Of a stretch of 64,000 bases of DNA, positions 37,049 through 46,971 are shown piece by piece; positions within the stretch are counted from its first letter, which is position 1, and every line of letters starts with the position of its first letter. Made by a program: the position numbers and the translations under genes. Source of the stretch: a virus; IMG/VR virus record IMGVR_UViG_3300022200_000031, positions 14,848 through 78,847 of that record; one strand, 5' to 3'. The notes beneath the pieces are model-generated. The model ran no database searches and had not been told where the DNA came from. It saw nothing but the letters and a program-made list of their open reading frames with translations.

Positions 37049-37798
37049 ATGATTGGTATTGTTGGTTATGGATTTGTGGGTAAGGCTGTCGAATACGGCT
37101 TTAGCAAAACAGATCATTTTATTGTCGACCCCCTACATTTTCCAGAACACTCTCTAGCTGATCTAGTTGAGCACAATCCCGAAGCGATCTTTGTGTGTGT
37201 TCCTACTGATGATGGGGATCAGTTTGCTACATTAACTGATACTCTTGATCAGATTGCAGGTCTAGGCTACAAGGGTATTGTAGTAGTCAAATCTACTGTT
37301 CTTCCAAAGTACCTTGAGGGGTACAATGTTGTCTACAATCCTGAGTTTCTTTCTCGCCGTACTGCATTTGAAGATTTTGTAAAACCACACGTCTTAGTGA
37401 TTGGTGGCCAGCAATCTAAAGCAAAGCGTGTATTGGAAATGTATATGAACTACTCTGATGTTCGTTGTGATAACATCTTCCTCACTTCAGTTAATGCTGC
37501 CTCAATGGTTAAATATATGTTCAACACATACTATGCAACCAAACTAACCTTCATGAATCAGATGTATGATGTGGCGCAGCAGGCTGGTGTACATTGGAAT
37601 GATATCAAACAGATTCTTGGAAAACATCCATGGGTAGGAACATATCATCTTGATGTCCCTGGTTATGAGGGGCGAGGTTTTAGTGGTCCATGTCTTCCCA
37701 AGGATACAAAAGCCCTTGCTGCTGAATATGATGTTGAATTGCTACATAAGGTGTTGGAGTTAAACGACAAATACCGAGATGAAAACTCTACTAGTTGA
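37049..37798 (+). CDS. UDP-glucose/GDP-mannose dehydrogenase family protein (short form)
   Basis: GYGFVG, KST, NPEFL and GFSGPCLPKD motifs. Confidence 0.9.
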   Translation: MIGIVGYGFVGKAVEYGFSKTDHFIVDPLHFPEHSLADLVEHNPEAIFVCVPTDDGDQFATLTDTLDQIAGLGYKGIVVVKSTVLPKYLEGYNVVYNPEFLSRRTAFEDFVKPHVLVIGGQQSKAKRVLEMYMNYSDVRCDNIFLTSVNAASMVKYMFNTYYATKLTFMNQMYDVAQQAGVHWNDIKQILGKHPWVGTYHLDVPGYEGRGFSGPCLPKDTKALAAEYDVELLHKVLELNDKYRDENSTS

Positions 37799-38783
37799 AC
37801 TTTCAGAACAATGCAATCTCGATTGCTCGTACTGTGGTGTAAACAAAAGATCAAAACAGAAAGTAAATCTTGATCATGTTCTCGAGCAGTATAGTCTCCT
37901 GCGTTCAAAATACCCCGACGAGAAAATAAAGATAGACTTCTTCGGTGGTGAACCTTTGTTGCAGCTTGATAGAATTAAGTCTATTATTGAGGCTACAGAG
38001 AACGACCCCAATCTTGAATATTTTATGCCAACTAATGGTCTTGTTTTAACACAAGAAATGGCGGATTATCTGATATCAAAGAATGTAAGAATGTCACTAT
38101 CGTTTGATGGACTCTGGCAGGACGACAACCGAAAGCAATTATCCGGTAACGGCACTCTCACCAAGTATATGGCAAAGAGTGATCTATTTAAGTCTCTCCC
38201 ACTAGAATGTCATACTATGATCACTAGGGGAAACTATAATCTTCTTGAAAACCACCTTTTTATCCAGGACTTAATCGGAAAAAATTCCGATCAAACGCTT
38301 GTCCGTGACAGAAATATATGGGATAATGACAGTGTAGATAAACTAAAGGCTGGTATCACTGAGTTGTTTGAGTGGTATAAAAGACATCCAGAAAAAGAGA
38401 TGCCGGGGTTGATTAAACATTACCTTAGCCATATAGTAAGGTATAAGTATAAGAAGGTAGAGCTGAATACCTGTGGTGCTGGTGAGAAGATGATCACCGT
38501 TGCAGACGAAGACAAGGTTCTTCCCTGCGGTAGGTTTAGAAACGAACCAGACACTATTGCTAGTATTCCTATCTACACAAAAATGTCTGAGTGTGAGACA
38601 TGCGAAGTGAGACACTACTGTAAGAAGGGGTGTCTGTATGAACAGATACACAACGGTGGACCTATTAAGGAGCTGTGTGACATCTACAAGCATATCTACT
38701 CAGAAGAATTTAATATGATCAAACAGTTGAAGAATGATCAGCACTTTGTAGGTGTATTGAAAAAGGAAATTATGGATGCTTGA
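37779..38783 (+). CDS. Radical SAM/SPASM protein 1
   Basis: CNLDCSYC, FFGGEPLL, SFDG; C-terminal C...PC...CETC...CKKGC...C. Confidence 0.92.
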   Translation: MKTLLVELSEQCNLDCSYCGVNKRSKQKVNLDHVLEQYSLLRSKYPDEKIKIDFFGGEPLLQLDRIKSIIEATENDPNLEYFMPTNGLVLTQEMADYLISKNVRMSLSFDGLWQDDNRKQLSGNGTLTKYMAKSDLFKSLPLECHTMITRGNYNLLENHLFIQDLIGKNSDQTLVRDRNIWDNDSVDKLKAGITELFEWYKRHPEKEMPGLIKHYLSHIVRYKYKKVELNTCGAGEKMITVADEDKVLPCGRFRNEPDTIASIPIYTKMSECETCEVRHYCKKGCLYEQIHNGGPIKELCDIYKHIYSEEFNMIKQLKNDQHFVGVLKKEIMDA

Positions 38784-38994
38784 TGATAAAGACAAAGCGA
38801 ATGCATCGTTGTTTAATGCTGCTGCCCATCTAACAGAGGCAGCAAAGTATATGTCTGACATGGATAAGGGGATCTCACTAAAGATCTTTGCCATGGCAGA
38901 TAAGATCCTTTCCATTATTGATGCCCCCCAACCAAAGTTATCAAATAAAGAACTGGATGATATTCTGGAGGAGATTCTAAATGCAGAAGACTAG
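38776..38994 (+). CDS. Small helical hypothetical protein
   Basis: 72 aa, overlap-coupled between the two SPASM genes. Confidence 0.65.
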   Translation: MLDDKDKANASLFNAAAHLTEAAKYMSDMDKGISLKIFAMADKILSIIDAPQPKLSNKELDDILEEILNAED

Positions 38995-40117
38995 AGGACC
39001 GCTGGTAATTGAGCTGACTACCAGTGCATTATGTGATCTGAATTGCACATATTGCTTTGAGGGTGAGAAGGTTAACAAGCAGAGGCTTGAGGACTTTGAC
39101 ACACTGTATGCTAGGATTGATGAACTAACTAGTGACCCATGGTTTAAAGAAAACTACAATGGATTCACATTCTCATTTTGGGGCGGTGAACCGACACTTA
39201 ACCACGAGTATATTGTCAAAGTAATCAATCACTTCAAGGACCATCCTGCAGTAGGTCAGTTTCATATCTACACCAATGGTTTCAACTTCAAGAATATGAG
39301 TCGAATTATTGATAATGTAGACACAACCAAACTGCATATTCAAGTTTCATATGACGGTCAAATTACTAATGATATTTTCAGATTGACGAACAAAGGAACC
39401 TCCACAACTGAACAAGTACTAAATACCTTTGACAAATTGGCCAAAAGAGGTATTGATCTTGCAATAAAGAGTACACTACCCACTACTTCTATTTTTAGTC
39501 TGTATGATACATGGCTAGAATTTGAAGGTTTGGTTAATAAATATAAGGATTACCCAAACGTAAAAATTAACTTTGCGCCAACGATTGAGTATGCTATGGG
39601 ACACACACCATTTGGTGGGGAAACGGATCATGCAGTTGCAAAGTTTGAAAAGCAGATGAAAAAGATCGCCAAAAAGGAGATCGAATTCTACAAGGAGCAT
39701 GGAAGGTTCTTGTGCTCATGGTTTGGTAGCTCTGATAGTAAGACAAACTGTACTGCTGGAGCTAGTATGATGGCAGTAGATGTGGACGGTGGAGTGTATG
39801 CTTGCCATGGTGCTCTCTACTCTCCTCAGAAGGAAGACATGAAATCAGCAACGATTTTCGATAATGATTTCACTGTTAAGGTAAAAGACTTTGCGGACAA
39901 GCATGTTCCTGCAAGGCATAGGATTAATGACATCTGTAAGGGATGTGTTGCAACATACTGTGCTGTATGCCCTGTTGCGGTATATGACGCAAGTAAGAAG
40001 GTTGACCATCTAGATAGATGGACAGATAGATGTGTGAATGGGTTGTGTAAGTTCTATAAGGCGTTTGGGCGATTAGATAGAGCTGTACAGCACCATATAA
40101 ACAACTTGGAGAAGTGA
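38981..40117 (+). CDS. Radical SAM/SPASM protein 2
   Basis: CDLNCTYC, FWGGEP, SYDG; CTAG...YACH...CKGC...CAVCP...C. Confidence 0.92.
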   Translation: MQKTRGPLVIELTTSALCDLNCTYCFEGEKVNKQRLEDFDTLYARIDELTSDPWFKENYNGFTFSFWGGEPTLNHEYIVKVINHFKDHPAVGQFHIYTNGFNFKNMSRIIDNVDTTKLHIQVSYDGQITNDIFRLTNKGTSTTEQVLNTFDKLAKRGIDLAIKSTLPTTSIFSLYDTWLEFEGLVNKYKDYPNVKINFAPTIEYAMGHTPFGGETDHAVAKFEKQMKKIAKKEIEFYKEHGRFLCSWFGSSDSKTNCTAGASMMAVDVDGGVYACHGALYSPQKEDMKSATIFDNDFTVKVKDFADKHVPARHRINDICKGCVATYCAVCPVAVYDASKKVDHLDRWTDRCVNGLCKFYKAFGRLDRAVQHHINNLEK

Positions 40118-40118
40118 T

Positions 40119-40805
40119 ATGACAGTAGGTGTAGTTGACGCTGGTGATAATTGTACAGCAGCACATTGTATCAATCATGGTACAGGTACCACCACGTGTG
40201 TTGAACACCGCAGTACATGCTCAACCAACCGTGCATTGACATTCTCTGACTTTGCTCAGGGTGGCAACATTACTGCTACCCAGGTAGAGGAAATGAGAGT
40301 CAAGATTCGTGATGAGTTGGCTAGATACAACCTTCATGCTAACTACAACTACACATTGTACCAGCCAACAGCTATTGGTGCTGGTGGTATTGTGGATGAC
40401 ACTCACTATAACAACCTGAATGATATGATCCGTCAGGCCTACGGTTCCGATATCAATAAGGCTGCGGGTCAGCTGATTGATGATGCAGATTGGGATAACT
40501 TGATCTCATACTATAATGTGGTTCGCCAAAACTGCATCTGTAACACCGACTGCTCATGTAATAATGTGTGTGCGTGCCACAATGATTGTGATTGTAACTA
40601 CAGCGATGAAAGACTGAAGGAGAATATTAAGTATCTTGGTCTGGTAAGTGATCTGAAAGTGTACAGCTTCAATTATATCTGGAACAAAGCAGAAGAGATG
40701 ATTGGTGTGATGGCTCAGGATCTCATTGGTACCAAGTATGAGGATGCTCTTCGTAAAGACATTAACGGATACTACATGGTAGATTATAGTAGGTTGCCAC
40801 TCTAA
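40119..40805 (+). CDS. Cys-rich protein with C-terminal peptidase S74 autocleaving chaperone; candidate substrate of the cluster
   Basis: CICNTDCSCNNVCACHNDCDCNY followed by SDERLKENI...YSFNY...GVMAQD...GYYMVDYS. Confidence 0.85.
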   Translation: MTVGVVDAGDNCTAAHCINHGTGTTTCVEHRSTCSTNRALTFSDFAQGGNITATQVEEMRVKIRDELARYNLHANYNYTLYQPTAIGAGGIVDDTHYNNLNDMIRQAYGSDINKAAGQLIDDADWDNLISYYNVVRQNCICNTDCSCNNVCACHNDCDCNYSDERLKENIKYLGLVSDLKVYSFNYIWNKAEEMIGVMAQDLIGTKYEDALRKDINGYYMVDYSRLPL

Positions 40806-41551
40806 TGGAAAAGACAATTACTAAAATCAATGAGGTTCTGTCTGAAAAGTTTGACAGAGGTATCTCAATCAGAGTCACCAACACTCTCAGTATTCCTCCA
40901 ATGGATGATGATAGTCAGTTCTCCATTAAATTTAAGTTTACTGTAAATGGTGCTGGGTACCGTGGATGGTATCTATCCAACACCGATCGTGCTGAGATAA
41001 ATGAATTTGTGTATGACACCCTGCACGATGATGTGTTTGTTCTGCCTAATCTAGTGGACTTTGATGGTAAGTGTTATGCCTTGGTTGGTGATGGTATGAT
41101 TACTGTTGAGCGTGAAACTAAGGTTCTTATGACCAACGATGTAGCGCCATCCTCAATTGTAGAGCTGCATGAAATGCTTGAGGACATTGATGTGTCGTCT
41201 ATTGATATGTCGGATGTATATGACAGACAGGTTGGTTACAACTTCAGTGATGAAGAATGTATGCTGATGTATACCAACATCCCTGGTAATGTTCTCAGTG
41301 ATGGTAGCGGTCGTTATACACTAATTGACTTAGATGTATTTAATATTCTCCCAACGCGTTTCAAATATTGTCCTGCATTCTCTCTTCTATGTGATAGGAT
41401 TGGTTTTAAGCAGTCTCGCCTTGAGGGATTCTGCGATAAGTATAATCTGGACCCTGAGATGTTCCTTTCCAACTACAAGCAGTTTCTTCAATTTGAGAAG
41501 GACATGGGTTCTGATGATGAAAAAATGATGGAGATTTTAACGGAGAAATAA
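40805..41551 (+). CDS. Hypothetical protein
   Basis: 248 aa, TAATG-coupled to the S74 gene. Confidence 0.7.
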   Translation: MEKTITKINEVLSEKFDRGISIRVTNTLSIPPMDDDSQFSIKFKFTVNGAGYRGWYLSNTDRAEINEFVYDTLHDDVFVLPNLVDFDGKCYALVGDGMITVERETKVLMTNDVAPSSIVELHEMLEDIDVSSIDMSDVYDRQVGYNFSDEECMLMYTNIPGNVLSDGSGRYTLIDLDVFNILPTRFKYCPAFSLLCDRIGFKQSRLEGFCDKYNLDPEMFLSNYKQFLQFEKDMGSDDEKMMEILTEK

Positions 41552-41553
41552 TT

Positions 41554-42156
41554 ATGATGGTATATGATTTAGCTATTGTGGAGGACCATGGTCACCACTA
41601 TAGAGTGATTGGTACAACAAAGAATACATTAGACCGTATGGCCGGTGAAGACTATATTAAAGTGTCATCGATGGCGTATGAAATGATTTGGCCTGCATTG
41701 CGAGATGGTAAGGAAGTAAGACTTCCTAAGGTTCTCCATACCAATGAAGTACTTCCCGGTGAAGTACAAATTATCGAACATAGTCCTGATGATGCAGATG
41801 CAGCACGCACTGCAGCACTGATCAAGGTACGCTCGCTTGTTGTCCCAGAGATGACTAAAGAGTCAGGATTCACTCTTTATAACTTCATGATGATGAATAA
41901 TGAGTTGGCAAGTGAAGGATACTTCATTACTAATAATAATCGTGAAGAAAAGTACATTGAGATCATCGAAACAGGCAATGAAAGGCTAATTGAAACCCTT
42001 GAGATGTACCTAGAAGCTAAGGATACCCTTGACCGGGCGGCCTCAATGAAAGTTCGGTTGGATAAGTTCCGTAAAGAAATCGGCCGAATGGATGCTGTAG
42101 ATGATATTAAGACGGCTACCGACAATTTCTTGGCTACATTCTATACCTCAAAGTAA
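41554..42156 (+). CDS. Hypothetical protein
   Basis: 200 aa, GGAG SD; helical C-terminal half. Confidence 0.7.
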   Translation: MMVYDLAIVEDHGHHYRVIGTTKNTLDRMAGEDYIKVSSMAYEMIWPALRDGKEVRLPKVLHTNEVLPGEVQIIEHSPDDADAARTAALIKVRSLVVPEMTKESGFTLYNFMMMNNELASEGYFITNNNREEKYIEIIETGNERLIETLEMYLEAKDTLDRAASMKVRLDKFRKEIGRMDAVDDIKTATDNFLATFYTSK

Positions 42157-42161
42157 TATGA

Positions 42162-42977
42162 ATGTCCGCTGTTGTATATCACTCAAACGATCATAAGAAG
42201 ATCAATGGTACTCTCTTCTATTGTTTTGAGTACTATGTACTGCTAAAAAGATACATTCCAGGCCTGCAGTATATCCTTCTCAATACTTCCGATGAAGATC
42301 TTCAATGGATGAAATCTATCTTTATTGAGAAGTATAACTTTGATCATGCTTATCTTAATGACATCACTAACCTAACAAGGCTTACAGATTTTGTTAGGTT
42401 GTCGGTTGATAATGTTCTAATCCTTGATATTCATACTTATAGTAGAGTAAAGGACTTTCTCGGAAAGGCTCGATCAGTTCGTGTGTATAGTAATGAGGAG
42501 CACAACTACCTGAACGCTAAACCCCATCATGTGTTCTATGGGTTCTACGACTATCAGACATTCAATAAAAAAACTAGAATCAAATTATATGCTGACATAC
42601 ACAAGAGGTTTCCTAATAAAAGAAACAAAGTGTTTGTTACGTCATTAAATGCAGACAATGATTATATTGTCAATCAGTTAGGATTAGATCCATCGAAGGT
42701 ATTTGTAAAAAATCTAAACAGTCACAATGAGAATATGTATGAACAGGTTGGTGAGATGATCTACTGGCATAGTTCACATACAGATACAAATAACCGAGCA
42801 ATAGTGGAGGCATACATCCATGATATTCCTCTGACCATACACTTCAATGGACACTATCATGATAGCATCTATGAGAGATCTAACACCATTGCTAATGGTG
42901 GTTTGCAGGAAATGTTTCTTGATCAGTCTGATATACTAATACAGGACTTCATTAATGATTGTACAAATACCAAGTAA
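42162..42977 (+). CDS. Hypothetical protein, possible glycosyltransferase-like fold
   Basis: NGTLFYCFEYY...EKYNF; C-terminal NRAIVEAY; paralogous to the next gene. Confidence 0.55.
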   Translation: MSAVVYHSNDHKKINGTLFYCFEYYVLLKRYIPGLQYILLNTSDEDLQWMKSIFIEKYNFDHAYLNDITNLTRLTDFVRLSVDNVLILDIHTYSRVKDFLGKARSVRVYSNEEHNYLNAKPHHVFYGFYDYQTFNKKTRIKLYADIHKRFPNKRNKVFVTSLNADNDYIVNQLGLDPSKVFVKNLNSHNENMYEQVGEMIYWHSSHTDTNNRAIVEAYIHDIPLTIHFNGHYHDSIYERSNTIANGGLQEMFLDQSDILIQDFINDCTNTK

Positions 42978-43854
42978 GTATGAGCTCTGCCTAACCTACT
43001 CTTGGGGTCCTATCGATCAGGGTATGTGTGGACACATATTTGAGTGTATTGAATACTACTTCATTCTGAAAGAACATTACAGTGTGTGTATATTCATTCC
43101 TGAGCCACTCAGCAAGAAGTTCATAGAGGATACTGTTAGGGACAAGTATGATTTCACAGAAGAGGAAACAACGGACCTTTTCGATAATACTATCTTTGGC
43201 AATCATCCTAAGATTCTGAAGGGAAGTAATGTACTGTTAACGGATGCTGGGTTTGGAAAGATGACTAACAGACATCTATTGTTTGATAACATCATGGCTT
43301 TTCCATGCGCCGATATGTCATTCAAACAAATGGAAGGTATTACTGTATTCCAGGATGACCGCATGTATGGTACGGATGCCAAATGCACAACCCATCACTA
43401 TGTAAAAAAGATTCTACTAGATCGTTATAAGACAATTGGTGATAGTGTTATTGATACTAACCTTGTATATGCTACTAAGAATGCAAGAGGGCTTGATGAG
43501 TCCATCTACACAGAGTTGGAGCAGTACCCAGGAAACTTTCTGCTGTTGACTAATACAGAGATTAAGGGTATACTATCCGATCGTTATACACAGGAAGAGA
43601 TGCCTGTGAAGAATCTATTTGAGAAGTTTAGTACATACATCTATACTCCTGTAGGAAAGAAGTATGATTGCAGTCCTAGATTCTTGGTAGAATGCAAGCA
43701 CTATGGTAAAAATGTTATATTCCATAACATTGACTATTGGGATGTTGATCATGGTTTGAAGTGGAGAGTCTATGACATCGAGTACGATTATGATTCACTA
43801 CTTCTTAGATCGGATGATAGTATCATAGAATTAATAGGAGACATCATTGGATAA
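42955..43854 (+). CDS. Hypothetical protein, possible glycosyltransferase-like fold
   Basis: CGHIFECIEYY...DKYDF; C-terminal DCSPRFLVECKHYGK. Confidence 0.55.
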   Translation: MIVQIPSKYELCLTYSWGPIDQGMCGHIFECIEYYFILKEHYSVCIFIPEPLSKKFIEDTVRDKYDFTEEETTDLFDNTIFGNHPKILKGSNVLLTDAGFGKMTNRHLLFDNIMAFPCADMSFKQMEGITVFQDDRMYGTDAKCTTHHYVKKILLDRYKTIGDSVIDTNLVYATKNARGLDESIYTELEQYPGNFLLLTNTEIKGILSDRYTQEEMPVKNLFEKFSTYIYTPVGKKYDCSPRFLVECKHYGKNVIFHNIDYWDVDHGLKWRVYDIEYDYDSLLLRSDDSIIELIGDIIG

Positions 43855-44449
43855 TTATTGTCTCACTGTAACATATAAATGTCAGTGGCATTGCCCATAC
43901 TGCATTACTGATACACACTCTAAGAGTATAGAGTATGATCAGGTACTAGACAACATTAAAAGGATACCCGATCGTGCTCATGTCTCCCTTAGTGGCGGAG
44001 AACCTGGTATGTTACCAACAGGAAAGATCATAGAGGTTATTAATAGACTGCGTGAGAAGCAATGTGTGGTACAGGTTAATAGCAATGGGTTGATTTTTAA
44101 AAGACCCGCTATTGTTGATATGGTGGACTTCATCTTCTACCATTGCAGTGAGAACCTGGATATTGATGATGAGGTTGTAAAGGATTACCCTGATAAGACT
44201 CAGTACATGGTAGTTGTAACAGACAACAACATTGATAAACTCAGATCATTTTTGGATAAGCATAATGATATTCATATATCAATTTATGCAGCTAAAGAGG
44301 TCCCTGTCAATGGTAAGGTTGGCGAACATCTCAGTAAAAAGAACGCTATCAGACTCGTGCGTGAGTTTAAGGATTACATCAAACCAGATGAGGTTCCACA
44401 CATCCTAAATTTCAATGAGTATACTTTGCAGACAGAACACATTAAATGA
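43847..44449 (+). CDS. Short radical SAM protein 3
   Basis: CQWHCPYC, SGGEP, NSNG; TTG start after AGGAG. Confidence 0.88.
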   Translation: MDNYCLTVTYKCQWHCPYCITDTHSKSIEYDQVLDNIKRIPDRAHVSLSGGEPGMLPTGKIIEVINRLREKQCVVQVNSNGLIFKRPAIVDMVDFIFYHCSENLDIDDEVVKDYPDKTQYMVVVTDNNIDKLRSFLDKHNDIHISIYAAKEVPVNGKVGEHLSKKNAIRLVREFKDYIKPDEVPHILNFNEYTLQTEHIK

Positions 44450-45450
44450 TTAATAATTATACATTTCCTTTAATTGATAAAGATGAACCTATATGTCAGC
44501 GCGCTAAACTTGACACAGGGACTTTCTGTAATTATGAGTGTTCTTTTTGTTACTATATTGATCGCCTGCATGAGAAGACAGATCTGGATGTGGTAAAACA
44601 GCGTGTGGATTATATCTATGAATGTGGTATCCGCGAAGTAGATCTTAGTGGGGGTGAATCTTCTGTCCGTACTGATTGGTTTGAGCTGCTGGACTATTGT
44701 AAGTCAAAGGAAATGTCAGTCAGTACGGTGACTAACGGATACAAGTTTGCTGACCATGATTTTATGAAAAAGTCAAAGGAGCATGGATTGCAGGAGATTC
44801 TGTTTAGTGTACATGGGCCCAATAATGACATCCATGATCTTGTAGTTGGAAGAAAAGGAGCATTTAAGCGAATCATTAAAGCAATTGAGAATGCCCATGA
44901 TCTAGGAATACTGGTTCGTATCAATTATGTTGTTAATCAACATAGCTACAGTCTAACAGATGAGTTTGTGTGCATGGTTGATCAGGTGAAGCCATATGAA
45001 CTGAACTTTCTCACACTAAACTTCTTTGGTTCCGCTAACGAGTATCTACCATACAAACTGTCTACTACTCATATCAAACACTGCATTGATATTGTTGACG
45101 TTCCTATTATTAATGTAAGGTATGTACCATATTGCTATATGGAAGGGTACGAGAAGTATGTCTGCAACACGTTCCAGCATATCTATGACAGATACGATTG
45201 GAATATGGCAGTGTATGATCAAAGAATAGATCCGGAAGTGTATAAAAAAGATCCTCTGGATGCATTATATAAGCAAGCGCAGGAAGACCGTAAGCGCATG
45301 TACTATAAACCAGAACAATGCAAGGGATGTAAGCATCTCCTAATATGTGATGGGTTGGAGAATGTAGTTCATGATGATGTAATGCCAACAGAAGGACCAG
45401 TGGTGAAGGAGATCAATCACTACAGGAAGGAATACTATGCCAAAGTATAG
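44446..45450 (+). CDS. Radical SAM protein 4 with C-terminal CxxC-x4-CDG
   Basis: CNYECSFC, SGGE, TNG, FSVHG; PYC...CKGCKHLLICDG. Confidence 0.9.
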   Translation: MINNYTFPLIDKDEPICQRAKLDTGTFCNYECSFCYYIDRLHEKTDLDVVKQRVDYIYECGIREVDLSGGESSVRTDWFELLDYCKSKEMSVSTVTNGYKFADHDFMKKSKEHGLQEILFSVHGPNNDIHDLVVGRKGAFKRIIKAIENAHDLGILVRINYVVNQHSYSLTDEFVCMVDQVKPYELNFLTLNFFGSANEYLPYKLSTTHIKHCIDIVDVPIINVRYVPYCYMEGYEKYVCNTFQHIYDRYDWNMAVYDQRIDPEVYKKDPLDALYKQAQEDRKRMYYKPEQCKGCKHLLICDGLENVVHDDVMPTEGPVVKEINHYRKEYYAKV

Positions 45451-46063
45451 TATTCTAATTCCCACTCATAATAGACCTGAACTGTTTCAGAGATGTATTG
45501 CCAGTGTACAGAGAGGTATGCTTGGTGCTGACTACGAGATTATAGTTAATAATGATTCACGAGATATTGAGGAAGTAGAAAGATATAACATTAAGTACTA
45601 CTACATGCGCAATGATAATCTTGGTATGATATACAAGTTTCTATTTGATAGAGCAAACGGTGAGTATGTGTACTACATGGAAGATGATGATATTATGGAT
45701 CCAAACTTCTATGAGCGCATTAAGTTATTCAACGAGGATATTATGTTTGGCAACTATGTTCCTTTTGAATGGAATAAGTCATTCATTGAGTATATGAGAT
45801 CAAGACCACAATCATCAAAGGAAGATTTCCTGGAAACATTTGATCCACACCATTTCCAACTGTGCCAGATTATGTTTCGGAAATCTGCATTGGCAGACGC
45901 TGATTTTCCTACCGACAACAACCTACAGAATGATTTCCTTTTATTTGAGAGACTGCAGGGTTCGTTTAGAGTAGTAAACAACTTCTTCTATAAACAAACA
46001 ATTGATGGTGGTGATAATATTAGCTTCAGCTACCTCAATAAGGATCCAAGATGGACTTCATAA
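45437..46063 (+). CDS. GT2-family glycosyltransferase
   Basis: SILIPTHNR, EIIVNND, GEYVYYMEDDD. Confidence 0.88.
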   Translation: MPKYSILIPTHNRPELFQRCIASVQRGMLGADYEIIVNNDSRDIEEVERYNIKYYYMRNDNLGMIYKFLFDRANGEYVYYMEDDDIMDPNFYERIKLFNEDIMFGNYVPFEWNKSFIEYMRSRPQSSKEDFLETFDPHHFQLCQIMFRKSALADADFPTDNNLQNDFLLFERLQGSFRVVNNFFYKQTIDGGDNISFSYLNKDPRWTS

Positions 46064-46971
46064 AGGTATCTGGTGTAGATCATTATGAACAGAGATTGTA
46101 TGTTCATTGGGATGTAACTACTATTTGTGAGTACAAATGTTCCTACTGTTATGCTCGCAAACAATACAAGGATCAATGGAATCGTCCTGGAAACTGGGAG
46201 GATCACAAATACATTATTGACGAGTTGAGTAAGAGTACACTCCCTGTGTTTCTTGGTCTCCTTGGTGGAGAACCAACATCCCATCAGAGATACTTTACTT
46301 TACTTGATATGATTAATGAGAAAGTACTAACTCATCCAGACTCCAGAATGTATATTACAACCAATGGAGCCAAGAGTACAGAGTTCTTTGATAAGCATAA
46401 GACATCTAACGGTAAAACTTATTTCCTTTGGAGTCTCCACCCTGAGTATGCAGACTTCGATACATTCTATAACAATGTTCAATTGATGAACAGCAAAGGA
46501 TACAAAACAAAGATAAATTTGATGCTTCATCCTGGCAAAAGATACTGGGAAAGACAAAAGGAATGGTATTATCAGCTATCGGAGCTCCACTATGCTATAC
46601 TACATCCTCATTTCATCTATCATGGGTTTGATAAGGATGTGAAGTATACAGATGAATTCTTTGAGGAGTTTAACTTCCTACAGGATCAGAGAATAAAGGA
46701 ATTTGTGTTTGAGGATAGTGTAGGAGAGAGTTATATACTTTCCGACTATGAGATATTCAAGGGTGGGCATAACCAGTTCAAGGGCTGGCAGTGTTGGCAT
46801 AATAATTTCGAGATTAGGAATGATGGGTTGATATCCGATCAATGTTTTGATAGGCAGGGTAGACAAATCACAAAGGACTTCTTTAAGAATATTACAGAGA
46901 TCGTACCCAGAGTATGTCCACACAACTATTGTAGCTGTGATGGCCTAATGAAGATTAGGAAAGAAAAATGA
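46051..46971 (+). CDS. Radical SAM protein 5 (twitch-like C-terminus)
   Basis: CEYKCSYC, LGGEPT, TNG, SLHPE; FKGWQC...C...CPHNYCSC. Confidence 0.9.
   Translation: MDFIKVSGVDHYEQRLYVHWDVTTICEYKCSYCYARKQYKDQWNRPGNWEDHKYIIDELSKSTLPVFLGLLGGEPTSHQRYFTLLDMINEKVLTHPDSRMYITTNGAKSTEFFDKHKTSNGKTYFLWSLHPEYADFDTFYNNVQLMNSKGYKTKINLMLHPGKRYWERQKEWYYQLSELHYAILHPHFIYHGFDKDVKYTDEFFEEFNFLQDQRIKEFVFEDSVGESYILSDYEIFKGGHNQFKGWQCWHNNFEIRNDGLISDQCFDRQGRQITKDFFKNITEIVPRVCPHNYCSCDGLMKIRKEK

Noticed and set aside
43847-44449. NrdG-type anaerobic ribonucleotide reductase activase
   Set aside because: No NrdD or other glycyl-radical enzyme in the window, and the gene is embedded in the biosynthetic operon
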